Shown one piece after another: positions 37,401-48,099 of a stretch of 64,000 bases of DNA. The stretch comes from Eledone cirrhosa (taxonomy: Eukaryota). The notes beneath the pieces are model-generated. The model had not been told where the DNA came from and did not search any database. It saw nothing but the letters and a program-made list of their open reading frames with translations. The first letter of the stretch is position 1. Each line of letters opens with the position of its first letter. Position numbers and translations under genes: made by a program. The stretch is from assembly GCA_964016885.1 (NCBI GenBank), contig OZ024743.1:137950001-138014000 (forward strand), written 5' to 3'.

Positions 37401-38590
37401 GCTTGGTGTTAAGTGTTTGGTGCTTGGTGCTTGGTGTTTGGTGCTTCGTGCTTGGTGCTTGGTGTTTGGTGCATGGTGCTTGGTGTTTGGGGCTTGGTGC
37501 CTGGTGCTTTGTGTTTGGTGCTTGGTGTTCGGTGCTTGGTGCTTGGTGCTTGGTACTTGGTGTTAGGTTTTTGGTGCTTGTGGCTTGGTGTTTGATGTTT
37601 GGTCCTTGGTGCTTCGTGTTTGGTGTTTGGTGCTTGGTGCTCGGTGTTTCGTGTTTGGTGCTTGCTGCTTGCCGCTTGGTGTTTGGTGCTTGGTGATTGG
37701 TGCTTGGTGTTTGGTGCTTGGTGGTTGGTGCTTGGTGTTTGGTGTTTGGTGCTAGGCGTTTGGTGCTTGGTGTTTGGTGCTTGGTGCTTGGTGTTTGCTG
37801 TTTGGTGCTTGGGGCTTGGGGCTTGGTGTTTGGTGCTTGCTGCCTGGTGTTTGGTGCTTGGTGCTTGGTGCTTGGTGTTTGGTGTTTGGTGTTTGGTGCT
37901 TGGTGTTTGGTGCTTGGTGCTTGGTGCTGGGTGGTTGATGTTTGGTGCTTGGTGCTTGGTGTTTGGTGCTTGGTGCTTGGTGCTTATTGTTTGGTGTTTG
38001 GTGCTTGGTGCTTGGTGTTTGGTGCTTGGTGCTTGGTGCTTGGTGTTTGGTGCTTGGTGCTTGGTGTTTGGTGCTTGGTGCTTGGTGTTTGGTGCTTGGT
38101 GTTTGGTGCTTGGTGCTTGGTGCTTGGTGCTTGGTGTTAGGTGTTTGGTGCTTGGTGCTTGGTGTTTGATGTTTGGTCCTTGGTGCTTGGTGCTTGGTGT
38201 TTGGTGCTTGGTGTTTGGTGTTTGGTGCTTGGTGTTTGGTACTTGGTGCTTGGTGCTTGGTGTTAAGTGTTTGGTGCTTGGTGCTTGGTGTTTGGTGCTT
38301 CGTGCTTGGTGCTTGGTGTTTGGTGCATGGTGCTTGGTGTTTGGGGCTTGGTGCCTGGTGCTTTGTGTTTGGTGCTAGGTGCTTGGTGCTTGGTCTTTGG
38401 TGTTTGGTGCTTGGTGCTTGGTGCTTGGTGTTTGGTGCTTGGTGCTTGGTGCTTGGTTATTAGTGTTTGGTGCTTGGTGCTTGGGGTTTGGTGTTTGGTG
38501 CTTGGTGCTTGGTGTTTGGTGTTTGCTGTATGGTGTTTGCTGTTTCGTGTTTGGTGTTTGCTGTTTGGTGTTTAATGCTTGGTGCTTGGT
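34430..38590. repeat. Tandem duplication, period ~2.06-2.11 kb, with a third partial copy at ~32540-33200
   Basis: ORF pairs 34459/36522 and 34739/36802 (2063); 35493/37599, 36067/38173 and 36273/38379 (2106); 32612/35493 and 32710/35591 (2881). Confidence 0.85.
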
Positions 38591-40014
38591 GCTTGGTGTT
38601 TGGTGCTTGGTGCTTGGTGCTTGGTGTTTGGCGTTTGCTCTTTGCTGTTTGGTGTTTGGTGTTTGGTGTTTGGTGCTTGCTGCTTGGTGTTTGGTGTTTG
38701 GTGCTTGCTGCTTGGTGCTTGGTGCTTGGTGTTTGGTGTTTGGTGTTTGGTGCTTGGTGTTTGGTGCTTGGTGCTTGGTGCTGGGTGTTTGGTGCTTGGT
38801 GCTTGGTGCTTGGTGCTTGATGCTTGGTGCTTGGTGTTTGGTCATTGGTGCTTGGTGCTTGGTCTTTGGTGCTTGGGGTTTGGTGTTTGGTGCTTGGTGC
38901 TTAGTGTTTGGTGCTTGGTGCTTGGTGCTTGGTGTTTGGTGTTTGGTGCTTTCTGCTTGGTGCATGGTGTTTGGTGCTTGGTGCTTGGTGATTAGTGTTT
39001 GGTGCATGGTGCTTGGTGTTTGTTGTTTGGTGCTTGGTGCTTGGTGTTTGGTGCTTGGTGCTTGCTGTTTGGTGTTTGGTGTTTGGTGCTTGGTGCTTGG
39101 TGTTTGGTGTTTGGTGTTTGGTGTTTGGTGTTTGGTGCTTGGTGCTTGGTGTTTGGTGCTTGGTGTTTGGTGCTTGGTGTATGTAATTGGTGCTTGGTGC
39201 TTGGTGTTTGGTGCTTGGTTCTTGGTGTTTGGTGCTTGGTGCTTGGTGCTTGGTGTTTGGTGCTTGGTGCTTGGTGTTTGGTACTTGGTGCTTGGTGCTT
39301 GGTGTTTGGTCATTGGTGCTTGGTGCTTGGTCTTTGGTGCTTGGGGTTTGGTGTTTGGTGCTTGGTGCTTAGTGTTTGGTGCTTGGTGCTTGGGGCTTGG
39401 TGTTAAGTGTTTGGTGCTTGGTGCTTGGTGTTTGGTGCTTCGTGCTTGGTGCTTGGTGTTTGGTGCTTGGTGCTTGGTGTTTGGTACTTGGTGCTTGGTG
39501 CTTGGTGTTTGGTCATTGGTGCTTGGTGCTTGGTCTTTGGTGCTTGGGGTTTGGTGTTTGGTGCTTGGTGCTTAGTGTTTGGTGCTTGGTGCTTGGGGCT
39601 TGGTGTTAAGTGTTTGGTGCTTGGTGCTTGGTGTTTGGTGCATGGTGCTTGATGTTTGGGGCTTGGTGCCTGGTGCTTGGTGTTTGGTGCTTGGTGTTTG
39701 GTGCTTGGTGTTCGGTGCTTGGTGCTTGGTGCTTGGTACTTGGTGTATGTACTTGGTGCTTGGTGCTTGGTGTTTGGTGCTTGGTTCTTGGTGTTTGGTG
39801 CTTCGTGCTTGGTGCTTGGTGTTTGGTGCTTGGTGCTTGGTATTTGGTGCTTGGTTCTTGGTGTTTGGTGCTTCGTGCTTGGTGCTTGGTGTTTGGTGCT
39901 TGGTGCTTGGTGTTTGGTGCTTGGTGTTTGGTGTTTGGTGCTTGGTGTTTGGTACTTGGTGCTTGGTGCTTGGTGTTAAGTGTTTGGTGCTTGGTGCTTG
40001 GTGTTTGGTGCTTC

Positions 40015-43000
40015 GTGCTTGGTGCTTGGTGTTTGGTGCATGGTGCTTGGTGTTTGAGGCTTGGTGCCTGGTGCTTTGTGTTTGGTGCTAGGTGCTTGGT
40101 GCTTGGTCTTTGGTGTTTGGTGCTTGGTGCTTGGTGCTTGGTGTTTGGTGCTTGGTGCTTGGTGCTTGGTTATTAGTGTTTGGTGCTTGGTGCTTGGGGT
40201 TTGGTGTTTGGGGCTTGGTGCTTGGTGTTTGGTGTTTGCTGTATGGTGTTTGCTGTTTCGTGTTTGGTGTTTGCTGTTTGGTGTTTAATGCTTGGTGCTT
40301 GGTTCTTGGTGTTTGGTGCTTGGTACTTGGTGCTTGGTGCTTGGCGTTTGCTCTTTGCTGTTTGGTGTTTGGTGCTTGCTGTTTGGTGTTTGGTGTTTGG
40401 TGTTTGGTGTTTGGTGCTTGCTGTTTGGTGCTTGGTGCTTGGTGTTTGGTCTTTGGTGTTTGGTTCTTGGTGCTTGGTGTTTGGTGCTTGGTGCTTGGTG
40501 CTGGGTGTTTGGTGCTTGGTGCTTGGTGTTTGGTGCTTGGTGCTTGGTGTTTGGTACTTGGTGCTTGGTGTTTGGTGTTTGGTGCTTGCTGTTTGGTGTT
40601 TGGTGCTTGCTGTTTGGTGTTTGGTGTTCGGTGTTTGGTGTTTGGTGCTTGCTGTTTGGTGCTTGGTGTTTGGTGCTTGGTGTATGTACATGGTGCTTGG
40701 TGCTTGGTGTTTGGTGCTTGGTTCTTGGTGTTTGGTGCTTGGTGCTTGGTGCTTGGTGTTTGGTGCTTGGTGCTTGGTGTTTGGTACTTGGTGCTTGGTG
40801 TTTGGTTTTTGGTGCTTCGTGCTTGGTGCTTGGTGTTTGGGGCTTGGTGCCTGGTGCTTGGTGTTTGGTGCTTGGTGCTTGGTGCTTGGTGTTTGGTGTT
40901 TGGTGCTTGGTGCTTGGTGTTTGGTGCTTGGTGTTTGGTGCTTGGTGTATGTACTTGGTGCTTGGTGCTTGGTGTTTGGTGCTTGGTGTTAAGTGTTTGG
41001 TGCTTGGTGCTTGGTGTTTGGTGCTTCGTGCTTGGTGCTTGGTGTTTGGTGCATGGTGCTTGATGTTTGGGGCTTGGTGCCTGGTGCTTGGTGTTTGGTG
41101 CTTGGTGCTTGGTGCTTGGTGTTTGGTGTTTGGTGCTTGGTGCTTGGTGTTTGGTGCTTGGTGTTTGGTGCTTGGTGTTCGGTGCTTGGTGCTTGGTGCT
41201 TGGTACTTGGTGGTAGGTTTTTGGTGATTGGGGCTTGGTGTTTCATGTTTGGTCCTTGGTGCTTGGTGTTTGGTGTTTGGTGCTTGGTGCTTGGTGTTTC
41301 GTGTTTGGTGCTTGCTGCTTGCTGCTTGGTGTTTGGTGCTTGGTGATTGGTGCTTGGTGTTTGGTGCTTGGTGATTGGTGCTTGGTGTTTGGTGTTTGGT
41401 GCTAGGTGCTTGGTGCTTGGTGTTTGGTGCTTGGTGCTTGTTGTTTGGTGTTTGGTGCTTGGTGCTTGGGGCTTGGTGTTTGGTGCTTGCTGCTTGGTGT
41501 TTGGTGCTTGCTGCTTGGTGTTTGGTGTTTGGTGTTTGGTGCTTGGTGTTTGGTGCTTGGTGCTTGGTGCTTGGTGTTAAGTGTTTGGTGCTTGGTGCTT
41601 GGTGGTTGGTGCTTCATGCTTGGTGCTTGGTGTTTGGTGCATGGTGCTTGATGTTTGGGGCTTGGTGCCTGGTGCTTGGTGTTTGGTGCTTGGTGCTTGG
41701 TGTTTGGTGCATGGTGCTTGGTGTTTGAGGCTTGGTGCCTGGTGCTTTGTGTTTGGTGCTAGGTGCTTGGTGCTTGGTCTTTGGTGTTTGGTGCTTGGTG
41801 CTTGGTGCTTGGTGTTTGGTGCTTGGTGCTTGGTGCTTGGTTATTAGTGTTTGGTGCTTGGTGCTTGGGGTTTGGTGTTTGGGGCTTGGTGCTTGGTGTT
41901 TGGTGTTTGCTGTATGGTGTTTGCTGTTTCGTGTTTGGTGTTTGCTGTTTGGTGTTTAATGCTTGGTGCTTGGTTCTTGGTGTTTGGTGCTTGGTACTTG
42001 GTGCTTGGTGCTTGGCGTTTGCTCTTTGCTGTTTGGTGTTTGGTGCTTGCTGTTTGGTGTTTGGTGTTTGGTGTTTGGTGTTTGGTGCTTGCTGTTTGGT
42101 GCTTGGTGCTTGGTGTTTGGTCTTTGGTGTTTGGTTCTTGGTGCTTGGTGTTTGGTGCTTGGTGCTTGGTGCTGGGTGTTTGGTGCTTGGTGCTTGGTGT
42201 TTGGTGCTTGGTGCTTGGTGTTTGGTACTTGGTGCTTGGTGTTTGGTGTTTGGTGCTTGCTGTTTGGTGTTTGGTGCTTGCTGTTTGGTGTTTGGTGTTC
42301 GGTGTTTGGTGTTTGGTGCTTGCTGTTTGGTGCTTGGTGTTTGGTGCTTGGTGTATGTACATGGTGCTTGGTGCTTGGTGTTTGGTGCTTGGTTCTTGGT
42401 GTTTGGTGCTTGGTGCTTGGTGCTTGGTGTTTGGTGCTTGGTGCTTGGTGTTTGGTACTTGGTGCTTGGTGTTTGGTTTTTGGTGCTTCGTGCTTGGTGC
42501 TTGGTGTTTGGGGCTTGGTGCCTGGTGCTTGGTGTTTGGTGCTTGGTGCTTGGTGCTTGGTGTTTGGTGTTTGGTGCTTGGTGCTTGGTGTTTGGTGCTT
42601 GGTGTTTGGTGCTTGGTGTATGTACTTGGTGCTTGGTGCTTGGTGTTTGGTGCTTGGTGTTAAGTGTTTGGTGCTTGGTGCTTGGTGTTTGGTGCTTCGT
42701 GCTTGGTGCTTGGTGTTTGGTGCATGGTGCTTGATGTTTGGGGCTTGGTGCCTGGTGCTTGGTGTTTGGTGCTTGGTGCTTGGTGCTTGGTGTTTGGTGT
42801 TTGGTGCTTGGTGCTTGGTGTTTGGTGCTTGGTGTTTGGTGCTTGGTGTTCGGTGCTTGGTGCTTGGTGCTTGGTACTTGGTGGTAGGTTTTTGGTGATT
42901 GGGGCTTGGTGTTTCATGTTTGGTCCTTGGTGCTTGGTGTTTGGTGTTTGGTGCTTGGTGCTTGGTGTTTCGTGTTTGGTGCTTGCTGCTTGCTGCTTGG

Positions 43001-43373
43001 TGTTTGGTGCTTGGTGATTGGTGCTTGGTGTTTGGTGCTTGGTGATTGGTGCTTGGTGTTTGGTGTTTGGTGCTAGGTGCTTGGTGCTTGGTGTTTGGTG
43101 CTTGGTGCTTGGTGTTTGGTGTTTGGTGCTTGGTGCTTGGGGCTTGGTGTTTGGTGCTTGCTGCTTGGTGTTTGGTGCTTGCTGCTTGGTGTTTGGTGTT
43201 TGGTGTTTGGTGCTTGGTGTTTGGTGCTTGGTGCTTGGTGCTTGGTGTTAAGTGTTTGGTGCTTGGTGCTTGGTGGTTGGTGCTTCATGCTTGGTGCTTG
43301 GTGTTTGGTGCATGGTGCTTGATGTTTGGGGCTTGGTGCCTGGTGCTTGGTGTTTGGTGCTTGGTGCTTGGTG
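40015..43373. repeat. Near-perfect tandem duplication, period 1671 bp (239 units)
   Basis: Identical ORF translations at 40092/41763, 40180/41851, 40292/41963 and 40993/42664. One difference noticed (TTGTTGT at 41438 vs TTGGTGT at 43109). 1671 = 239x7 - 2, with two 6-bp units per period. Confidence 0.94.
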
Positions 43374-46300
43374 CTTGGTGTTTGGTGTTTGGTGATTGGT
43401 GCTTGGTGTTTGGTGCTTGGTGTTTGGTGCTTGGTGTTTGGTGCTTGGTGCTTGGTGCTTGGTACTTGGTGTTAGGTTTTTGGTGCTTGGGGCTTGGTGT
43501 TTGATGTTTGGTCCTTGGTGCTTGGTGTTTGGTGTTTGGTGTTTGGTGCTTGGTGTTTCGTGTTTGGTGCTTGCTGCTTGCTGCTTGGTGTTTGGTGCTT
43601 GGTGATTGGTGCTTGGTGTTTGGTGCTTGGTGGTTGGTGCTTGGTGTTTGGTGTTTGGTGCTAGGTGCTTGGTGCTTGGTGTTTGGTGCTTGGTGCTTGG
43701 TGTTTGGTGTTTGGTGCTTGGTGCTTGGGGCTTGGTGTTCGGTGCTTGCTGCTTGGTGTTTGGTGCTTGCTGCTTGGTGTTTGGTGTTTGGTGTTTGGTG
43801 CTTTGTGTTTGGTGCTTGGTGCTTGGTGCTGGGTGGTTGATGTTTGGTGCTTGGTGCTTGGTGTTTGGTGCTTGGTGCTTGGTGCTTATTGTTTGGTGCT
43901 TGGTGCTTGGTGCTTGGTGCTTGGTCTTTGGTGCTTGGTGTTTGGTGTTTGGTGTTTGGTGTTTGCGCTTGGTGCTTGGTGCTTGGTGTTTGGTGCTAGG
44001 TGCTTAACGCTTGGTGTTTGGTGCTTGGTGCTTGGTGCTTGGTGATTAGTGTTTGGTGCTTGGTGCTTGGGGTTTGGTGTTTTGTGTTTGCTGTTTGGTG
44101 TATGCGGTTTGGTGTCTGCTTTTTGGTGTTTGGTGTTTGCTGTATGGTGTTTGCAGTTTTGTGTTTCGTGTTTGCTGTTTGGTGTTTGGTGCTTGGTGCT
44201 TGGTGCTTGGTGTTTGGGGCTTGGTGCTTGGTGCTTGGTGTTTGGCGTTTGCTGTTTGCTGTTTGCTGTTTGGTGTTTGCTGTTTGGTGTTTGCTGTTTG
44301 GTGTTTGGTGCTTGGTGCTTGGTGGCTGGTGTTTGGTGCTTGGTGTTTGGATTTTGGTCCTTGGTGCTTGGTGCCTGGTGTTTCGTGCTTGGTGCTTGGT
44401 GCTTGGTGTTTGGTGTTTGGTGCTTGGTGTTTGGTGTTTGGTATTTGGTGCTTGGTGCTTGGTGCTTGGTGTTTGGTGTTTGGTGCTTTGTGCTTGGTGC
44501 TTGGTGTTTGGTGCATGGTGCTTGATGTTTGGGGCTTGGTGCCTGGTGCTTGGTGTTTGGTGCTTGGTGTTTGGTGCTTGGTGTTCGGTGCTTGGTGCTT
44601 GGTGCTTGGTACTTGGTGTATGTACTTGGTGCTTGGTGCTTGGTGTTTGGTGCTTGGTTCTTGGTGTTTGGTACTTCGTGCTTGGTGCTTGGTGTTTGGT
44701 GCTTGGTGCTTGGTGTTTGGTGCTTGGTTCTTGGTGTTTGGTGCTTCGTGCTTGGTGCTTGGTGTTTGGTGCTTGGTGCTTGGTGTTTGGTGCTTGGTGT
44801 TTGGTGTTTGGTGCTTGGTGTTTGGTACTTGGTGCTTGGTGCTTGGTGTTAAGTGTTTGGTGCTTGGTGCTTGGTGTTTGGTGCTTCGTGCTTGGTGCTT
44901 GGTGTTTGGTGCATGGTGCTTGGTGTTTGAGGCTTGGTGCCTGGTGCTTTGTGTTTGGTGCTATGTGCTTGGTGCTTGGTCTTTGGTGTTTGGTGCTTGG
45001 TGCTTGGTGCTTGGTGTTTGGTGCTTGGTGCTTGGTGCTTGGTTATTAGTGTTTGGTGCTTGGTGCTTGGGGTTTGGTGTTTGGGGCTTGGTGCTTGGTG
45101 TTTGGTGTTTGCTGTATGGTGTTTGCTGTTTCGTGTTTGGTGTTTGCTGTTTGGTGTTTAATGCTTGGTGCTTGGTTCTTGGTGTTTGGTGCTTGGTGCT
45201 TGGTGCTTGGTGCTTGGCGTTTGCTCTTTGCTGTTTGGTGTTTGGTGCTTGCTGTTTGGTGTTTGGTGTTTGGTGTTTGGTGTTTGGTGCTTGCTGTTTG
45301 GTGCTTGGTGCTTGGTGTTTGGTCTTTGGTGTTTGGTTCTTGGTGCTTGGTGTTTGGTGCTTGGTGCTTGGTGCTGGGTGTTTGGTACTTGGTGCTTGGT
45401 GTTTGGTGTTTGGTGCTTGCTGTTTGGTGTTTGGTGCTTGCTGTTTGGTGTTTGGTGTTTGGTGTTTGGTGTTTGGTGCTTGGTGTTTGGTGCTTGGTGT
45501 TTGGTGCTTGGTGTATGTACTTGGTGCTTGGTGCTTGGTGTTTGGTGCTTGGTTCTTGGTGTTTGGTGCTTGGTGCTTGGTGCTTGGTGTTTGGTGCTTG
45601 GTGCTTGGTGTTTGGTACTTGGTGCTTGGTGTTTGGTGTTTGGTGCTTCGTGCTTGGTGCTTGGTGTTTGGGGCTTGGTGCCTGGTGCTTGGTGTTTGGT
45701 GCTTGGTGCTTGGTGCTTGGTGTTTGGTGTTTGGTGCTTGGTGCTTGGTGTTTGGTGCTTGGTGTTTGGTGCTTGGTGTATGTACTTGGTGCTTGGTGCT
45801 TGGTGTTTGGTGCTTGGTTCTTGGTGTTTGGTGCTTGGTGCTTGGTGCTTGGTGCTTGGTGTTTGGTGCTTGGTGTTAAGTGTTTGGTGCTTGGTGCTTG
45901 GTGTTTGGTGCTTCGTGCTTGGTGCTTGGTGTTTGGTGCATGGTGCTTGATGTTTGGGGCTTGGTGCCTGGTGCTTGGTGTTTGGTGCTTGGTGCTTGGT
46001 GCTTGGTGTTTGGTGTTTGGTGCTTGGTGCTTGGTGTTTGGTGCTTGGTGTTTGGTGCTTGGTGTTCGGTGCTTGGTGCTTGGTGCTTGGTACTTGGTGT
46101 TAGGTTTTTGGTGCTTGGGGCTTGGTGTTTCATGTTTGGTCCTTGGTGCTTGGTGTTTGGTGTTTGGTGCTTGGTGCTTGGTGTTTCGTGTTTGGTGCTT
46201 GCTGCTTGCTGCTTGGTGTTTGGTTCTTGGTGATTGGTGCTTGGTGTTTGGTGTTTGGTGATTGGTGCGTGGTGTTTGGTGTTTGGTGCTAGGTGCTTGG

Positions 46301-47690
46301 TGCTTGGTGTTTGGTGCTTGGTGCTTGGTGTTTGGTGTTTGGTGCTTGGTGCTTGGGGCTTGGTGTTTGGTGCTTGCTGCTTGGTGTTTGGTGCATGCTG
46401 CTTGGTGTTTGGTGTTTGGTGTTTGGTGCTTGGTGTTTGGTGCTTGGTGCTTGGTGCTTGGTGTTAAGTGTTTGGTGCTTGGTGCTTGGTGGTTGGTGCT
46501 TCGTGCTTGGTGCTTGGTGTTTGGTGCATGGTGCTTGATGTTTGGGGCTTGGTGCCTGGTGCTTGGTGTTTGGTGCTTGGTGCTTGGTGCTTGGTGTTTG
46601 GTGTTTGGTGATTGGTGCTTGGTGTTTGGTGCTTGGTGTTTGGTGCTTGGTGTTCGGTGCTTGGTGCTTGGTGCTTGGTACTTGGTGTTAGGTTTTTGGT
46701 GCTTGGGGCTTGGTGTTTGATGTTTGGTCCTTGGTGCTTGGTGTTTGGTGTTTGGTGCTTGGTGCTTGGTGTTTCGTGTTTGGTGCTTGCTGCTTGCTGC
46801 TTGGTGTTTGGTGCTTGGTGATTGGTGCTTGATGTTTGGTGCTTGGTGGTTGGTGCTTGGTGTTTGGTGTTTGGTGCTAGGTGCTTGGTGCTTGGTGTTT
46901 GGTGCTTGGTGCTTGGTGTTTGGTGCTTGGTGCTTGGTGCTTGGGGCTTGGTGTTTGGTGCTTGCTGCTTGGTGTTTGGTGCTTGCTGCTTGGTGTTTGG
47001 TGTTTGGTGTTTGGTGCTTGCTGTTTGGTGCTTGGTGCTTGGTGCTGGGTGGTTGATGTTTGGTGCTTGGTGCTTGGTGTTTGGTGCTTGGTGCTTGGTG
47101 CTTATTGTTTGGTGCTTGGTGCTTGGTGCTTGGTGCTTGGTCTTTGGTGCTTGGTGTTTGGTGTTTGGTGTTTGGTGTTTGTGCTTGGTGCTTGGTGCTT
47201 GGTGTTTGGTGCTAGGTGCTTAACGCTTGGTGTTTGGTGCTTGGTGCTTGGTGCTTGGTGATTAGTGTTTGGTGCTTGGTGCTTGGGGTTTGGTGTTTTA
47301 TGTTTGCTGTTTGGTGTATGCGGTTTGGTGTCTGCTTTTTGGTGTTTGGTGTTTGCTGTATGGTGTTTGCAGTTTTGTGTTTCGTGTTTGCTGTTTGGTG
47401 TTTGGTGCTTGGTGCTTGGTGCTTGGTGTTTGGTGCTTGGTGCTTGGTGCTTGGTGTTTGGCGTTTGCTGTTTGCTGTTTGCTGTTTGGTGTTTGCTGTT
47501 TGGTGTTTGCTGTTTGGTGTTTGGTGCTTGCTGCTTGGTGGCTGGTGTTTGGTGCTTGGTGTTTGGATTTTGATCCTTGGTGCTTGGTGCCTGGTGTTTC
47601 GTGCTTGGTGCTTGGTGCTTGGTGTTTGGTGTTTGGTGCTTGGTGTTTGGTGTTTGGTATTTGGTGCTTGGTGCTTGGTGCTTGGTGTTT
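41700..47690. repeat. Imperfect tandem duplication, offset ~3.2 kb
   Basis: ORF pairs 42660/45876, 43018/46234, 43606/46822 and 44000/47216 (3216), and 41732/44934 (3202). Confidence 0.85.
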
Positions 47691-48099
47691 GGTGCTTGGT
47701 GCTTGGTGCTTGGTGTTTGATGCTGCGTGCTTGGTGTTTGGTGTTTGGTGCTTGGTGCTTGGTGTTTGGTGATTGGAGCTTGGTGCCTGGTGCTTGTTGT
47801 TTGGTGCCTGGTGCTTGTTGTTTGGTGTTTGGTGCTTGGTGCTTGGTGTTTGGTGCTTGGTGCTTGGTGCTTGGTGTTTGGTGCTTGGTGCTTGGTGTTT
47901 GGTGCTTGGTGCTTGGTGCTTGGTGCTTGGTGTTAGGTGTTTGGTGCTTGGTGCTTGGTGTTTGATGTTTGGTCTTTGGTGCTTGTTGTTTGGTGTTTGG
48001 TGCTTGGTGCTTGGTGTTTGGTGTTTGGTGCTTGCTGCTTTGTGCTTGGTGTTTGGTGGTTGGCGTTTGGTGTTTGGTGTTTGGTGCTTGGTGCTTGGT

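Noticed and set aside
38838-38844. TTGGTCA unit matching the cyanobacterial STRR2 heptamer (also ~39307 and ~39510)
   Set aside because: It is only three local copies, derived by one substitution from the TTGGTCC landmark. STRR tracts are short and lie among genes, so the match is coincidental.
44053-45879. 608-aa plus-strand ORF and all other LV[L/F]G[A/V]WC ORFs as membrane or Cys/Trp-rich proteins
   Set aside because: The consensus lacks stops in all six frames, and all three plus frames give the same peptide. Starts and stops are incidental variants, and 6-bp units shift the pattern without regard to frame.
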